64,000 nucleotides of DNA from Acidimicrobiia bacterium (GTDB lineage Bacteria; Actinomycetota; Acidimicrobiia; Spongiisociales; ZC4RG35), in the NCBI GenBank assembly GCA_965215185.1, contig OZ244034.1:480001-544000 (forward strand). Reading direction: 5' to 3'. Under the pieces are notes generated by a model that did not search any database, had not been told where the DNA came from, and saw only the letters and a program-made list of their open reading frames with translations. Position 1 is the first letter of the stretch. Every line of letters begins with the position of its first letter. Of the stretch, positions 1-10,210 are shown piece by piece. The position numbers and the translations under genes were made by a program.

Positions 1-1176
1 TATCAGATCAGCCAGTTCGACGTTCCGGTGTGTGTGGACGGGTGGCTGGATGTGGAGACCGATGAAGGTTCATTTCGGGTTGGGATCGAGCGGGTACACA
101 TGGAAGAGGACACGGGCAAGTCGGTTCATGTGGGGGAAGGGGGAAGAATCCACACCGCGGTGGAGACTCTGGTGGACTTCAACCGGGCGGGCACCCCGCT
201 GGTGGAGATCGTCTCCCGACCGGATTTACAAAGCGCCGCCGATGCCCGGGCCTACGCCCAGGAACTGCGGTCGGTGGTGGCGGAGACGGGGGTTTCCGAT
301 GCCCGGATGGAAAGGGGCTCCATCCGCTTTGACGCCAATGTCTCGATCCGCCCGGTGGGTAGCAAGCAACTGGGCGTGAAGGTCGAGATCAAGAACATGA
401 ACTCCTTTCGATCGCTGGAAAAGGCCATCCGAGCCGAGGTCCGTCGACAGGAGGAAGTCGCAGAGGCGGGGGAGAGGGTGGTGATGGAGACGCGGCACTG
501 GGACGAGCAGGCAGGGGTTACCCACTCAATGCGCACTAAGGAGGGGAGCTCCGACTACCGCTATTTCACCGAGCCGGACCTGGCGCCGATGGTCTTTGAT
601 GACTCCTGGCTGGCGGCGGCCCGTTCCGCCATTCCCGAACTCCCCGCCCCTCGCCGGGAACGTTATCGACAAATGGGGCTTGGTCATTCCGCAGCTCGGA
701 TATTGGCTGCCTCCGAGCCGGGGTTGCGTGATCTTTTCGAGGAGTCGATGGACTCGGGCGCCGAGCCGGCGTCGGCGGCAAACTGGGTGACCGGTGAGAT
801 CACTGCTTCTCTTCGCCGCCGGGATGTCGCATTGGCTGAGGTTCCTCTCGGCGGAGCGGACATTGCCGCTCTGACCGGGATGGTGACCGAAGGCCGGGTG
901 TCGGCCAGCGCCGCCCGGGAGGTGCTGGAAGGGGTGATGAACGGGGAAGGCAGTCCCGCCGAGGTGGCCAGAGTTCGGAACCTCGAACAGATATCGGATC
1001 ATGCCGTTTTGGATTTGGTGGTAGAGCAAATCATGTCCTCTCACCCGGAAGCGGTGGAGCGCTACCGATCGGGGGAGAAGAAAGTGAGAGGTTTTCTGGT
1101 GGGTCAGGTGATGAAAGCCACAGCAGGCCGGGCCGACCCTCGGGAGGTCAACAGGATTCTCTCGGCCCGCTTGTAG
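1..1176 (+). CDS. gatB: Asp-tRNA(Asn)/Glu-tRNA(Gln) amidotransferase subunit B (5' end outside window)
   Basis: Frame open from base 1 (YQISQFD); motifs HMEEDTGKS, DFNRAGTPLVEIVS, VEIKNMNSF, DYRYFTEPDL; C-terminal GFLVGQVMKAT. Confidence 0.97.
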   Translation, partial: YQISQFDVPVCVDGWLDVETDEGSFRVGIERVHMEEDTGKSVHVGEGGRIHTAVETLVDFNRAGTPLVEIVSRPDLQSAADARAYAQELRSVVAETGVSDARMERGSIRFDANVSIRPVGSKQLGVKVEIKNMNSFRSLEKAIRAEVRRQEEVAEAGERVVMETRHWDEQAGVTHSMRTKEGSSDYRYFTEPDLAPMVFDDSWLAAARSAIPELPAPRRERYRQMGLGHSAARILAASEPGLRDLFEESMDSGAEPASAANWVTGEITASLRRRDVALAEVPLGGADIAALTGMVTEGRVSASAAREVLEGVMNGEGSPAEVARVRNLEQISDHAVLDLVVEQIMSSHPEAVERYRSGEKKVRGFLVGQVMKATAGRADPREVNRILSARL

Positions 1177-1207
1177 GCAGAACCTGCCGATCAAGTCTAG
1201 ACGGGTC

Positions 1208-2488
1208 CTATTCGCCGTAGGAGACGTATTCGTCGAGACGTGGGTCTGGACGATCGCCACCGCTGTAGGTGAGGACCCGGTAATTCGCCACCGAGGGTTC
1301 GCCTACATCAACAAACTCGTACTGTCCGCCTACCCCGTCGTAGTCAGGATTACCGCCGGAGAGGATGACATCGAGGCATTCGGTGAAACTGAAACACTTT
1401 TGCCCGCCGCGGGTTATGTTGTTGATCTTCCCGGCAATCACAACGGGAGCGGTGGAGCGTGCCATCTCCGCGGCCAAGGCCGTGATGATCACCGCGTCGT
1501 AGGTCTCCGCCCCATAGCCGTAAACACCGTCCAGCCCGCCTTCGTACTGGGTTTCGAGTCGGTCGGTAAAGGCGCGAATGGAGTTGAGATCCACCGAATT
1601 CTCGGCGCCTCGCATTCCAGTGAGGATGGAGGGGTCGGTGACCGACGATCCGATAGTTGTGATGTGACCCGCCGTGCCGTATACCTTGGTTTCGGAAGTG
1701 GGCCCTATCCCTCGTTCGTGCATGGTGGTCACCAAAGAGGCCGCCTCTTCAAAGCCGATGATGAATATGGCGTCCGGATCGGATGCGACCAGCAGGTCGA
1801 CCTCGCTATCGAAGGAGTCTGTGCCTGGGGCATAAGCTATGAAGGGGTCGATTGTTCCGCCGAGATGTTCAAAACTGTCGCGGAAGGCAACCGCCAGCCC
1901 GGTTCCATAGGACTCCTGTCGATAGATGACTCCCACCTTCTCTGCGCCTTCCGCCGCCATTAGTTGCGCCATCATCTCCGACAACAGCAGGTCGGGCGGG
2001 GCAGTACGGAAATAGAGACCGTCGTCGGGATAGGTGGTGAAATCTGGGGAAGTGTTCGATGGTGCGAACTGGATCACCCCGGCGCCGGTGATCTTGTCGA
2101 TGACCAGCTTGGAAACTGCCGAACTGGCGGCTCCTACGATCACGTCCCCGCCCAAATCCATCAGCCGGTCGACTTCCGGGTTGGCGACATCCTGGCTGAG
2201 GTCTCCCGAGTCGGCTTCATACAGGACCACGTCGGCGCCCAAGACTCCTCCTGCCGCATTGATGTCACCGACTGCCAGCCGGGCGGCAGCGGTCAGAGTT
2301 GGGCCGAAAGACGCTAGGTCGCCGGTTAGGGGAAAGAGAGTGCCCACCACCAAGCGCCCATCATCCCATGGTGAAGGGGGAGGGGCTGAGATCAATTCTC
2401 TGAAGGTCAAGGCCCCGAGAACCAAAACAAACAGTACGATCCCCACCAATCGTTTGGGGGTGTTCTTGGAAACGCTCTTCTCGGACAA
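1208..2488 (-). CDS. ABC transporter substrate-binding protein, branched-chain amino acid (LivK-like) family
   Basis: PLTGDLASFG, DINAAGGVLG, GAASS, YFRTAP motifs; N-terminal hydrophobic anchor. Confidence 0.85.
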   Translation of the reverse strand: MSEKSVSKNTPKRLVGIVLFVLVLGALTFRELISAPPPSPWDDGRLVVGTLFPLTGDLASFGPTLTAAARLAVGDINAAGGVLGADVVLYEADSGDLSQDVANPEVDRLMDLGGDVIVGAASSAVSKLVIDKITGAGVIQFAPSNTSPDFTTYPDDGLYFRTAPPDLLLSEMMAQLMAAEGAEKVGVIYRQESYGTGLAVAFRDSFEHLGGTIDPFIAYAPGTDSFDSEVDLLVASDPDAIFIIGFEEAASLVTTMHERGIGPTSETKVYGTAGHITTIGSSVTDPSILTGMRGAENSVDLNSIRAFTDRLETQYEGGLDGVYGYGAETYDAVIITALAAEMARSTAPVVIAGKINNITRGGQKCFSFTECLDVILSGGNPDYDGVGGQYEFVDVGEPSVANYRVLTYSGGDRPDPRLDEYVSYGE

Positions 2489-2635
2489 TCGAACTCTTAG
2501 CCTTTTTATGCGCCCTCATATTAAAGCCTAACGGATGGTGCTTCCGCCGTGGTCGGCCTTGGAACAAGATAGACCAACCCTGGGCACGTTTGTGCGATGA
2601 ATACTGCGAAGCGCCGAAAGCTAGAATTCAGCACC

Positions 2636-2755
2636 ATGCGCACCGGGATCTATCTGTTCCTGATCTGGGGAGTTCCGGTTATCACCACCGGGGTCCTCAT
2701 CTATTTGGCGTATGCCCGCCGCACCTCACTAGGGCGGTCCCCCGAGAAGCGCTGA
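2636..2755 (+). CDS. Small single-pass membrane protein (39 aa), not in ORF track
   Basis: MRTGIYLFLIWGVPVITTGVLIYLAYARRTSLGRSPEKR*: hydrophobic helix then basic tail; ends 15 nt before tupB start. Confidence 0.5.
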   Translation: MRTGIYLFLIWGVPVITTGVLIYLAYARRTSLGRSPEKR

Positions 2756-2770
2756 CCAAGGAGAGTTGGG

Positions 2771-3463
2771 ATGGAGTTTTTGTGGGAGGTGTTGACCGAC
2801 GCAGTCCGGAGCCTGACAAAGATAGACCCTCAACTGTGGACAGTGGTGGCTCTTACGCTGGTCGTTTCGGCCGCCTCAACCCTGATCGGGGTGGTGTTGG
2901 GAGTGCCTCTGGGTGCAGCCTTGGCTCTGGGGCGATTCCGGGGAAGGGGCGCGCTTCGCTTGGCGGTAAGTGTGGGAATGGGATTTCCCCCGGTGCTGGC
3001 TGGGCTCTTGCTCCTCCTCGTCTTTTGGCGGTCGGGTCCGCTGGGAGGACTCGGCCTTATCTTCACCCCCGTCGCCATGGTGGTGGCTCAGGTGGTCTTG
3101 GCCACACCCATAGCGGCGGGAGTCACCGCCGGGTCGATCAGGGGACTGGGAGCCGCAGCAGTGGAACAGTTGGCCGCTCTTCGCCTGAGCCGGATCGCTC
3201 GAGGAGTGGTGGCGATTCGGGAAGCCCGCGCGGGAGTGGCAGCCGCGGTGGCGGCCTGTTTTGGGCGAGTGGTGGCCGAGGTGGGGGCGGTCTTGGTGGT
3301 GGGCGGAAACATCGTGGGTGAAACTCGGGTGTTGACCACCTTGATAGTTGAGGAGTCCCGCCAGGCGCGTTTCGGGGCGGCGGTGGCGGCAGGTACCGTG
3401 CTACTGGTCATCTCGGTGGTGGTGAACATCGCGGTAGATCGGTTGGGCGGAGACGGGCTATGA
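2771..3463 (+). CDS. tupB: Tungstate/molybdate-type ABC permease (TupB-like)
   Basis: MGFPPVLAGL, GPLG, FGRVVAEVGAVLVVGGNI..ETRVLTT typical of TupB; SD GGAGAG. Confidence 0.85.
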   Translation: MEFLWEVLTDAVRSLTKIDPQLWTVVALTLVVSAASTLIGVVLGVPLGAALALGRFRGRGALRLAVSVGMGFPPVLAGLLLLLVFWRSGPLGGLGLIFTPVAMVVAQVVLATPIAAGVTAGSIRGLGAAAVEQLAALRLSRIARGVVAIREARAGVAAAVAACFGRVVAEVGAVLVVGGNIVGETRVLTTLIVEESRQARFGAAVAAGTVLLVISVVVNIAVDRLGGDGL

Positions 3464-4452
3464 AAGTCTCGCTGCGGTATCCCCGGGAAGACCCGATCCT
3501 CGACCTGCAAGGATTGAACTTGGCCGAGGGCCGGAGGACAATCGTGTTCGGACCCAACGGGGGGGGAAAGACCACCCTCCTGCGGCTCTTGGCCGGGACC
3601 CTTCCCGGGGGACCCGGCTGGGAGTGCGCGTATCTTCCCCAGAGTCCCCACCTTTTCCGAGGCAGCATCGGATGGAACCTCGGACTGGGTCTGGACACCG
3701 AACGTGCTGTCCTCGCCGCCCGATTGGCTGCCCAGCTTGGGATGGGAGACCGGCTGTCCGAGCCGGCAAACCGTTTGAGTGGCGGGGAGATACAACGTAT
3801 CGCCTTGGCCAGGGTGCTGGCCGGGCCAGAACGATGGGTCCTGCTGGACGAACCGTTAGCGGCCATCGACGCCGAAGACCGGGTCGAGGTGGCCAGGGTG
3901 ATTGCCGAAGCGGTTGCGGATAGGGGAGCAGCGATCGTCACCCACGACCTGGAGACCGCTGCCTCCCTTGGGTCGCACATGGCAGTGCTGGTGGAAGGTC
4001 GGCTTCGCCAGCAGGGACCAGTGGGGGAGGTGCTCTCCAGGCCGGTTGATTCGCGGGTGGCCGCGGTAGTGGGGGTCTCCAACCTTTGGGGAGGGGTGGG
4101 CATGACCAGGACCATGCGGGGAGGATTTGCCGGCGCCCGGGTGGGAGCAGTGCGGATCTGGGGAGTCGGCGCGGTTGAAGTCGGCGCGCCTTGTCGGGCG
4201 CTTTTTCGAGGGGAGTCGGTGGCAATCTTGGGACCGGGAGGGGCTGCCGGTTCGGTTCGCAACCGGTGGCTGGGAAAGATAACGGAAATGAGTCCGGGCG
4301 GTCGTTGGGTGGAACTGAGGGTTGATGTCGGAGGGGTGGAAGTTACCGCGGTCATCACCCCTGGTGCGATGGATGAGATGGAACTTGAGGTCGGATCACA
4401 GGTGGTGGCGGCGGTGAAGGCATCGGCGGTGCGGTTGCTGGCGGGCGGTTGA
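3460..4452 (+). CDS. ABC ATP-binding protein with C-terminal TOBE domain (TupC/ModC-like)
   Basis: Walker A GPNGGGKT, LSGGE, LLDEP; C-terminal AVIT..MDEMELEVG..V.AAVKA; ATGA overlap with tupB. Confidence 0.85.
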   Translation: MKVSLRYPREDPILDLQGLNLAEGRRTIVFGPNGGGKTTLLRLLAGTLPGGPGWECAYLPQSPHLFRGSIGWNLGLGLDTERAVLAARLAAQLGMGDRLSEPANRLSGGEIQRIALARVLAGPERWVLLDEPLAAIDAEDRVEVARVIAEAVADRGAAIVTHDLETAASLGSHMAVLVEGRLRQQGPVGEVLSRPVDSRVAAVVGVSNLWGGVGMTRTMRGGFAGARVGAVRIWGVGAVEVGAPCRALFRGESVAILGPGGAAGSVRNRWLGKITEMSPGGRWVELRVDVGGVEVTAVITPGAMDEMELEVGSQVVAAVKASAVRLLAGG

Positions 4453-4454
4453 GA

Positions 4455-5255
4455 ATGGGGAGCCGATGGTGGCCGCTGTTTTTCCTGGTGTGGTTGGCAT
4501 TGGGGGGATTGACGGGATGCTCTCGGCAGGAGACCAGGGTGATTGTGGTGGCGGGCACCACCCTGGTGGATGGGAAACTGTTGGCCAAGGTGGTCTCCGA
4601 TTACGAGGAACAGCGCCCTGGGGTGCAATTGAGTGTGGTGGCGGCGCCCACCGCCCGGGCGTTGGCGTTGGCCAGGGAAGGATCAGTGGATGTAACCATC
4701 ACCCATGACCCCGACCGAGAAGAAGCATTGATTGCCGAAGGCAGAGCGGAATTGGCGGTGGAGGTGTTTTCGAGCCGGTTCATTCTGGCCGGTCCCCAGA
4801 GCGCGGATCAGGCGCTTGGCGGGCTGACGGCGACCCAAGCCCTTCGGCGAATCGCCGACGAGGGGAGTCTGTTCGTCAGCCGCGCTGACGGGTCCGGCAC
4901 CTATCAAGTCGAGCGGGAGATATGGGAGCAGGCAGGGGTGAACCCCACCAACCAGGAATGGTATGTGCAGACCCGTCAGGGGATGGGGCTCACCCTGCAG
5001 GTTGCCTCGCAAAGGGAGGCCTTTGTTCTGGTAGAACTGAGTGTCTTTCTGACTGCCGAGGAAGTGATTGGATTGGTGGACGCCAGACTCGATCCGGTTG
5101 GCTTGGAGAATCCCTATCGGGCCATGGCGGTGAAGGGTTCGCCGGTCATGGAGGATGCCGTGGATTTCGTAGACTGGCTGGACTCCAAGGCCGGGCGGGA
5201 GTCGGTGAACCGAGCCAACCTGGAGTTGTATGGCACTGTGGTGTTCGTTTCCTAA
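4455..5255 (+). CDS. Oxyanion-binding lipoprotein (TupA-like, divergent)
   Basis: Lipobox LTGC; SRADGSGT, QGMG, NPY motifs of the TupA family; operon context. Confidence 0.75.
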   Translation: MGSRWWPLFFLVWLALGGLTGCSRQETRVIVVAGTTLVDGKLLAKVVSDYEEQRPGVQLSVVAAPTARALALAREGSVDVTITHDPDREEALIAEGRAELAVEVFSSRFILAGPQSADQALGGLTATQALRRIADEGSLFVSRADGSGTYQVEREIWEQAGVNPTNQEWYVQTRQGMGLTLQVASQREAFVLVELSVFLTAEEVIGLVDARLDPVGLENPYRAMAVKGSPVMEDAVDFVDWLDSKAGRESVNRANLELYGTVVFVS

Positions 5256-5323
5256 GCGTTATCTCACAGTTCAGGTAATCGGTCTCCAGTTTTCTCACAG
5301 AGTCGGTAGCGTTGCGGTTGTCA

Positions 5324-6796
5324 ATGGAGAGATTCACCAAAATCGTGGCCACGATGGGGCCGGGAGTGGCATCTCTGGAGAAAATCAGGCAGTTGGTGGT
5401 GGCCGGAATGGATGTGGCCCGACTCAACTTTTCCCACGGGGACCATGATCTGCACCGCCAGTTTGTGGAATGGGTTAGACAGGCCGGAGAGGACGAGAAG
5501 AAGACAGTGGCGGTGCTGCAGGACATCTCGGGCCCCAAGTTGAGGGTGGGAAAGATGGCGGGAGAGAGGATCTCTTTGGCTTCGGGCGACCGGGTCAATT
5601 TGATCCCGGGCCGGACCCCAAACGCAGACCCTCGGACCATCCCCATCAATTACTCGCGGCTGCTCGATGATGTGGGGGAGGGAGAAGTGATTGTGCTGTC
5701 CGACGGGATGATCAGGATGCGGGTCGCCGAGCGACGCTCGGATCGGCTGGTGGCGGAAGTGACTTGGGGGGGTGATCTGTCCAGCGGCAAGGGAGTGGCT
5801 TTTCCCGAGACCGTATTGAAACTTCCCAGTGTCACCGACAAGGACCGGCGTGACTTGGAGTTGGGAATCGAGTTGCAGGTGGATTACGTGGCTGCTTCCT
5901 TTGTTCGCACCGGTGAAGATGTTCGAACGATCAAGGCGTTGGCGGGTGGTGCTCCGGTGATCGCCAAAATTGAGTTGGCGGCAGCCTATCAAAACCTGGA
6001 TGAAATCCTGGCAGAGGCGGCGGGGGTGATGGTGGCCAGAGGTGATTTGGGCGTGCAACTCCCGCTGGCTCGCCTTCCCATAGTTCAGGCGGACATCTTG
6101 CGTCGCACCAACCGGGCCGGGCTGATTTCAATCACTGCCACCGAGATGCTGGAGTCGATGACTCGCTCTCCTCGTCCCACCCGGGCGGAGGTAACCGATG
6201 TGGCCACGGCGGTATCCACCGGTACCGACGCCGTGATGTTGTCGGCCGAGACGGCCGTGGGCGATTATCCCATCCGGGCCACGGAGGTGATGTCCGAGAT
6301 CTGTGTCGAAATGGAAAAAGAACTTTTGAAGGCCGAAGGGGACCCGGCGGTTGCCTATATCACAGATGGTGGCGGGACCGCGTCGGCGGTGGCGCGTTCG
6401 GCGGTGGGCGCCGCCCACAACCTTGGTGTCGACACCTTGGTGGCCTTCACCGAATCCGGTGCAACTGCTCGACTTCTCTCCAAATACCGTCCTCGGGCGA
6501 GAATCATCGCTTTCACCCCGATAACCCGGGCGCTGCGACAGGCGGCCCTTCTTTGGGGAGTAACTCCAATGTACTTCAAACGGAGAGATCACACCGACTT
6601 GATGTTCGCCGCCGCCGAGAAGATCTTGGAGAAAGAAAAGATATGCCAGCGGGGGGACCTGGTGGTGATGGTGGCGGGGGTGCCTCCCAACATGGAGGCC
6701 AGCACCAACCTCTTCAAAGTCCAATCGATCGGGGAGCGCTACCGCACTCCCTTTCTGCCTGACCGCAAGGCCCCCCGGAGCCGCAGACGCCAATGA
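5324..6796 (+). CDS. pyk: Pyruvate kinase
   Basis: TKIVATMGP, ARLNFSHG, IAKIE, MVARGDLG, TEMLESM, PTRAEVTDV, DAVMLSAETA. Confidence 0.97.
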   Translation: MERFTKIVATMGPGVASLEKIRQLVVAGMDVARLNFSHGDHDLHRQFVEWVRQAGEDEKKTVAVLQDISGPKLRVGKMAGERISLASGDRVNLIPGRTPNADPRTIPINYSRLLDDVGEGEVIVLSDGMIRMRVAERRSDRLVAEVTWGGDLSSGKGVAFPETVLKLPSVTDKDRRDLELGIELQVDYVAASFVRTGEDVRTIKALAGGAPVIAKIELAAAYQNLDEILAEAAGVMVARGDLGVQLPLARLPIVQADILRRTNRAGLISITATEMLESMTRSPRPTRAEVTDVATAVSTGTDAVMLSAETAVGDYPIRATEVMSEICVEMEKELLKAEGDPAVAYITDGGGTASAVARSAVGAAHNLGVDTLVAFTESGATARLLSKYRPRARIIAFTPITRALRQAALLWGVTPMYFKRRDHTDLMFAAAEKILEKEKICQRGDLVVMVAGVPPNMEASTNLFKVQSIGERYRTPFLPDRKAPRSRRRQ

Positions 6797-6937
6797 AGGC
6801 GCCGCCGAATACTGGTTGCCCCAATATTCGGCGGACCTCGCGGGGGTAGCTACTCGTAAAGTCCTCGGTTGCCTGACGTGGTGGATCAAGTGGTGGATGG
6901 CCAGTTAGAATCTTCGGGCGATGAAGAAAGGGGAGAT

Positions 6938-7240
6938 TTGGGACAGCAGATAGAGGTTCTCAACACCCACTTGGTTGGTGATGTGCTGCTGATTGACACC
7001 AACCGCACCTTGGGTGGACAAGACGGGGAGGGTTATTCCGACCGGGACGCTGCTCTGTCCGGCAAGACCTTTCCTGCCCTGCTTTCTGCTCGTCTGATGG
7101 ATGTCGATCCCCAAATCAACCGGGTTTTCACCCTTTCGAACGCTCTGACGGTGCGCCGGGAGGGAGGATGGTCACCCGGACAAGTTCAGGAGATATCCGA
7201 GTCGGTTTCGAAGTTCTTTCTGTTCTACTCCTCGGACTAA
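6938..7240 (+). CDS. Hypothetical protein, Nfu/NifU N-terminal-like fold possible
   Basis: TTG start after GGGAG; pattern LSARL..VDPQINRVF..SNALTVRR..GW resembles Nfu_N domain. Confidence 0.5.
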   Translation: MGQQIEVLNTHLVGDVLLIDTNRTLGGQDGEGYSDRDAALSGKTFPALLSARLMDVDPQINRVFTLSNALTVRREGGWSPGQVQEISESVSKFFLFYSSD

Positions 7241-7249
7241 TCAACTGAG

Positions 7250-7838
7250 GTGGCCTCTGCAAAGACACAGGCCGGGGACTACCAAACAGGTCTACCTCTC
7301 CGAACGGGGATCCTGGCGAGGTTGACTGGAGAAAAACCATGCCACCAGCCGAGGCATCTGGTTGGTTTTCTATAAGAAGGCCGCACGGAAGCCGAGTCTG
7401 GAATACGAAGAGTCAGTTGAGGAGGCGCTCTGTTTCGGTTGGGTGGATAGCCGGACCCGGCGCTTGGACGACGAGAGGTACATGTTGATGTTCACGCCCC
7501 GTCGGCCCACGAGCCCATGGTCCCGTCCCAACAAGGAGCGGGTCAAAAGGCTGGTGGCAAGCGGGAAAATGGCGTCGGCGGGGATGGTCAAGATCGACGA
7601 GGCTAAGAGAAATGGCGCTTGGATTGTCTACGACCCTATTGAGGATCTGGTGGTTCCTGATGATTTGGCGGCCGCCCTGGCGAAGGAGCCATCGGCTCGA
7701 GAGAATTTCGAGAATCTGCGTATCTCGGCGCAGAAGAACGCACTGTGGTGGATTGCCTGTGCCCGCCGACCCCAGACCCGGGCCCAGCGGGTGGCCAAGA
7801 CAGCCGCGGCCGCAGCCCAGAACAAGAGTCCTCTGTAG
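7250..7838 (+). pseudogene. YdeI/OmpD-associated family protein with damaged 5' end
   Basis: EALCFGWVDS, FTPRR..SPWS..NK; upstream in-frame QVYLSERGSWRG*LEKNH with TGA (7323-7325) at a normally Trp position, and the probable GTG start (7250) is out of frame. Confidence 0.65.
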
Positions 7839-7981
7839 ATAGGCGTCCTAGCCAACGCCTCTTGACGCCACTCATAGCGCTTCGGTCGCATTGGTGATTC
7901 CCACGGCCGGGGGTTGTTCAGGCCCCGCCCCGCCATCATCGCGTCCTGTTCCTGCCGATCCCGGCCTGAGGTCAGGGTGTT

Positions 7982-10111
7982 TTACTCTCCGGCATCGTCC
8001 GTGGAGGACGGCTGTTCCTCTTGGTCGGTCTGGGTCGGCTCTTCTTCTTCGATGGGTTGCTGTTCTTCTCCGTCGGCGGGGGGTGGGTCGCCTTCTTCTT
8101 CGATGGGTTCCTGTCCAAGATCTTCAGGGGCGAGTTCCGGGAACTGTTCGTACAATCCCTCGGGAAGCTCGGTGGATTCCTCTTCCTCTGGTGAGGGACA
8201 CACGACTTGGCCTTCGCCCGCGGGGGCTGCTCCATCTCCCGTATTCGGCTCCTCCGACACCGGCACCGCTCCGGACTCGGTCAACAGCGACATCACGCAG
8301 GGATGAACTTCTATGATCTCCTGCCTTGGTATATAGCGCACATTCCGGACTTGGTCGGTGATTTCCTCCCCCTGTTGGATGGTGCGGGTAACTACCACTG
8401 TCCAGCCTTCCTTGGCGGTTTGGATTTGCTCAACTTCCCCAACGGCCAACTCCGGATTGGGGCGATACAAAGTCTCGGGTGGCGCTATTTGATTGATTCG
8501 GTTGGATACGTTGGCTGTCACCACCCGGGCCAGAGGACCCCCTTCGGACACGACCTCCAGACGGTCCCTCCCATCCTTCCAGCTTCCAACCAATTTCCGC
8601 CCGTCGTTATTGCTGAAGAACTTCACCGTGATGGAGGTTCCTGTGTACTCGGTTCGGATCAACAAATGACTGGAGGTGTCATTGCGAAAGATCAAGTCCA
8701 CCTCCGGCCAGTTGATAGTGGCTTCTATTCCTTCCGGATAGCGAGAGAAGTAGAAACTATGGGTCTTGCGTCTGACTGTCTCGTAACCGCCCCAGAACAC
8801 CGCGTTGAAGAAAGTGGTGGCGAACTGACTCACGCCCCCTCCCACCGTGTCCACCAGTTCACCCCTTACCAGGGTGCCTGCTTCCACGAAGCCATCCTCG
8901 AAAGTTCGCCGGCCAACGTAGGTGTTGAGGCTGAACGTTTCGCCTGGTAGCACGAGCGCATCGTGTATTTTGTCGGCGAATAGCTGGATGTTGGATACCC
9001 GGGCGGCACAGCAGGGGTGGTAGGTGGTGTATTCGGATACCAAGTGGTGGATTCCCAGCATTTCGATGTCGGCGGTGTTTGTCTGAGGTTGGACTCCTTC
9101 CATAATGGGAAGGGTCCCCTCACGGATGTCCCCGGCGGTGAGTTGTTCCAACAAATCACCGATCTTGGTCACGTCTATGACGGTGCCGGGCATCGAGGGG
9201 TGGATAATGACTTGGTCGTCTTCGTCTATCTCGTAATAGGCATCGACCGGGGGGTTCCCTACTTGGTCGCTTATTTGGGCCACCTTGCGGGTAATCAGCC
9301 TTGGGTCGATGCTCAAAGCGATAGGGGGAGAGGCGCTTGGATCGAAGTCGAGAACGGTGGCATCGCCTATCTCCTGGGCGGTGAATATCAACTCCGCCTC
9401 TCCTTCTGGGTCTTTCAACACCACCGGGGCGGATACCCATAGTTGTACCTTGGTCAAGGCGTTCTCAACCAGGCCGAGTTCAGTCTCGGGCATCACGAGC
9501 ACCGTATTCAGCCGCACCGTTCCACCGCCACCGACGGCGGCCGCGGTGATCTTGCTGGCCGCCTCTGAGCTGTCCAACAGCCATCCTGGTGACGGGTAGG
9601 TGACGGCGGGTCGCCCGTTCACCAACTCCAAGTTCCCTTCTATGGGCGCCACTCCATATTGCTGGTCCAATTGACGGATCAGATCCTGCACCAAGTTCTG
9701 GTTGATGGACGATTGGGGGTGTAGCTCCACGGGTACGGGATCGTCAATGAGGTTTCTCAGCCACCGTCTCCATCTGGAGACCACGCCGCCGGCTCTTTCC
9801 TGTTGCAGAGCCCGGTCGAGCAGTTCTTGGGTATTGATCCGGTATCCGAACTCGGCGGCGCTGAACGTCGTAGATTGGTCGTCGACGAAGATTTTGATCA
9901 ATGCCGCGGCCTGCTCCGATTCCAATCCGTTGAGGACCGCCTCGGCATCTTCCCTTTCCAAGCCGCTCACGCTCACCCCCGAGACAGTGACCGACCCGAG
10001 GATGGTTTGGCTATTTGCTCTACTCCATAACACGAAGATGATCAGGGCGATGATGATTAACGCCGCCCCGCCGGCAACAGCGATTAGTAACGAACGAGCC
10101 GCTCTGGACAT
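7982..10111 (-). CDS. VanW family protein with peptidoglycan-binding (YoaR-like) region
   Basis: RVSNI, PGETFSLN, GGGVSQFATT, HSFYFSRYPEGIEAT; N-terminal TM; acidic C-terminal tail. Confidence 0.88.
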   Translation of the reverse strand: MSRAARSLLIAVAGGAALIIIALIIFVLWSRANSQTILGSVTVSGVSVSGLEREDAEAVLNGLESEQAAALIKIFVDDQSTTFSAAEFGYRINTQELLDRALQQERAGGVVSRWRRWLRNLIDDPVPVELHPQSSINQNLVQDLIRQLDQQYGVAPIEGNLELVNGRPAVTYPSPGWLLDSSEAASKITAAAVGGGGTVRLNTVLVMPETELGLVENALTKVQLWVSAPVVLKDPEGEAELIFTAQEIGDATVLDFDPSASPPIALSIDPRLITRKVAQISDQVGNPPVDAYYEIDEDDQVIIHPSMPGTVIDVTKIGDLLEQLTAGDIREGTLPIMEGVQPQTNTADIEMLGIHHLVSEYTTYHPCCAARVSNIQLFADKIHDALVLPGETFSLNTYVGRRTFEDGFVEAGTLVRGELVDTVGGGVSQFATTFFNAVFWGGYETVRRKTHSFYFSRYPEGIEATINWPEVDLIFRNDTSSHLLIRTEYTGTSITVKFFSNNDGRKLVGSWKDGRDRLEVVSEGGPLARVVTANVSNRINQIAPPETLYRPNPELAVGEVEQIQTAKEGWTVVVTRTIQQGEEITDQVRNVRYIPRQEIIEVHPCVMSLLTESGAVPVSEEPNTGDGAAPAGEGQVVCPSPEEEESTELPEGLYEQFPELAPEDLGQEPIEEEGDPPPADGEEQQPIEEEEPTQTDQEEQPSSTDDAGE

Positions 10112-10210
10112 GGCGAAGGGAGCAAGAAAGAGATAACTCGGTTAAAGTGTAGGGAGCAAACGAGATGTCTAAGTGTCCAATTAAAGAGACCAGAACAGGA
10201 AGTCCAGACC

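Noticed and set aside
2520-2640. Moco/Tuco riboswitch upstream of the tup genes (CCTAA..ATGG)
   Set aside because: The remaining conserved elements of the motif are not recognisable; an Rfam scan would be needed.
3088-4628. Long antisense ORFs (for example 3408-4628) and many similar ones in the track
   Set aside because: Expected shadow ORFs in high-GC DNA opposite well-supported genes; no motifs.
7323-7325. In-frame TGA in the YdeI-family gene as a third Sec or UGA=Trp recoding
   Set aside because: It aligns to a Trp position rather than a Cys, has no matching hairpin, and an additional frameshift lies upstream. TGA is a normal stop in many genes here, so a nonsense mutation is more likely.
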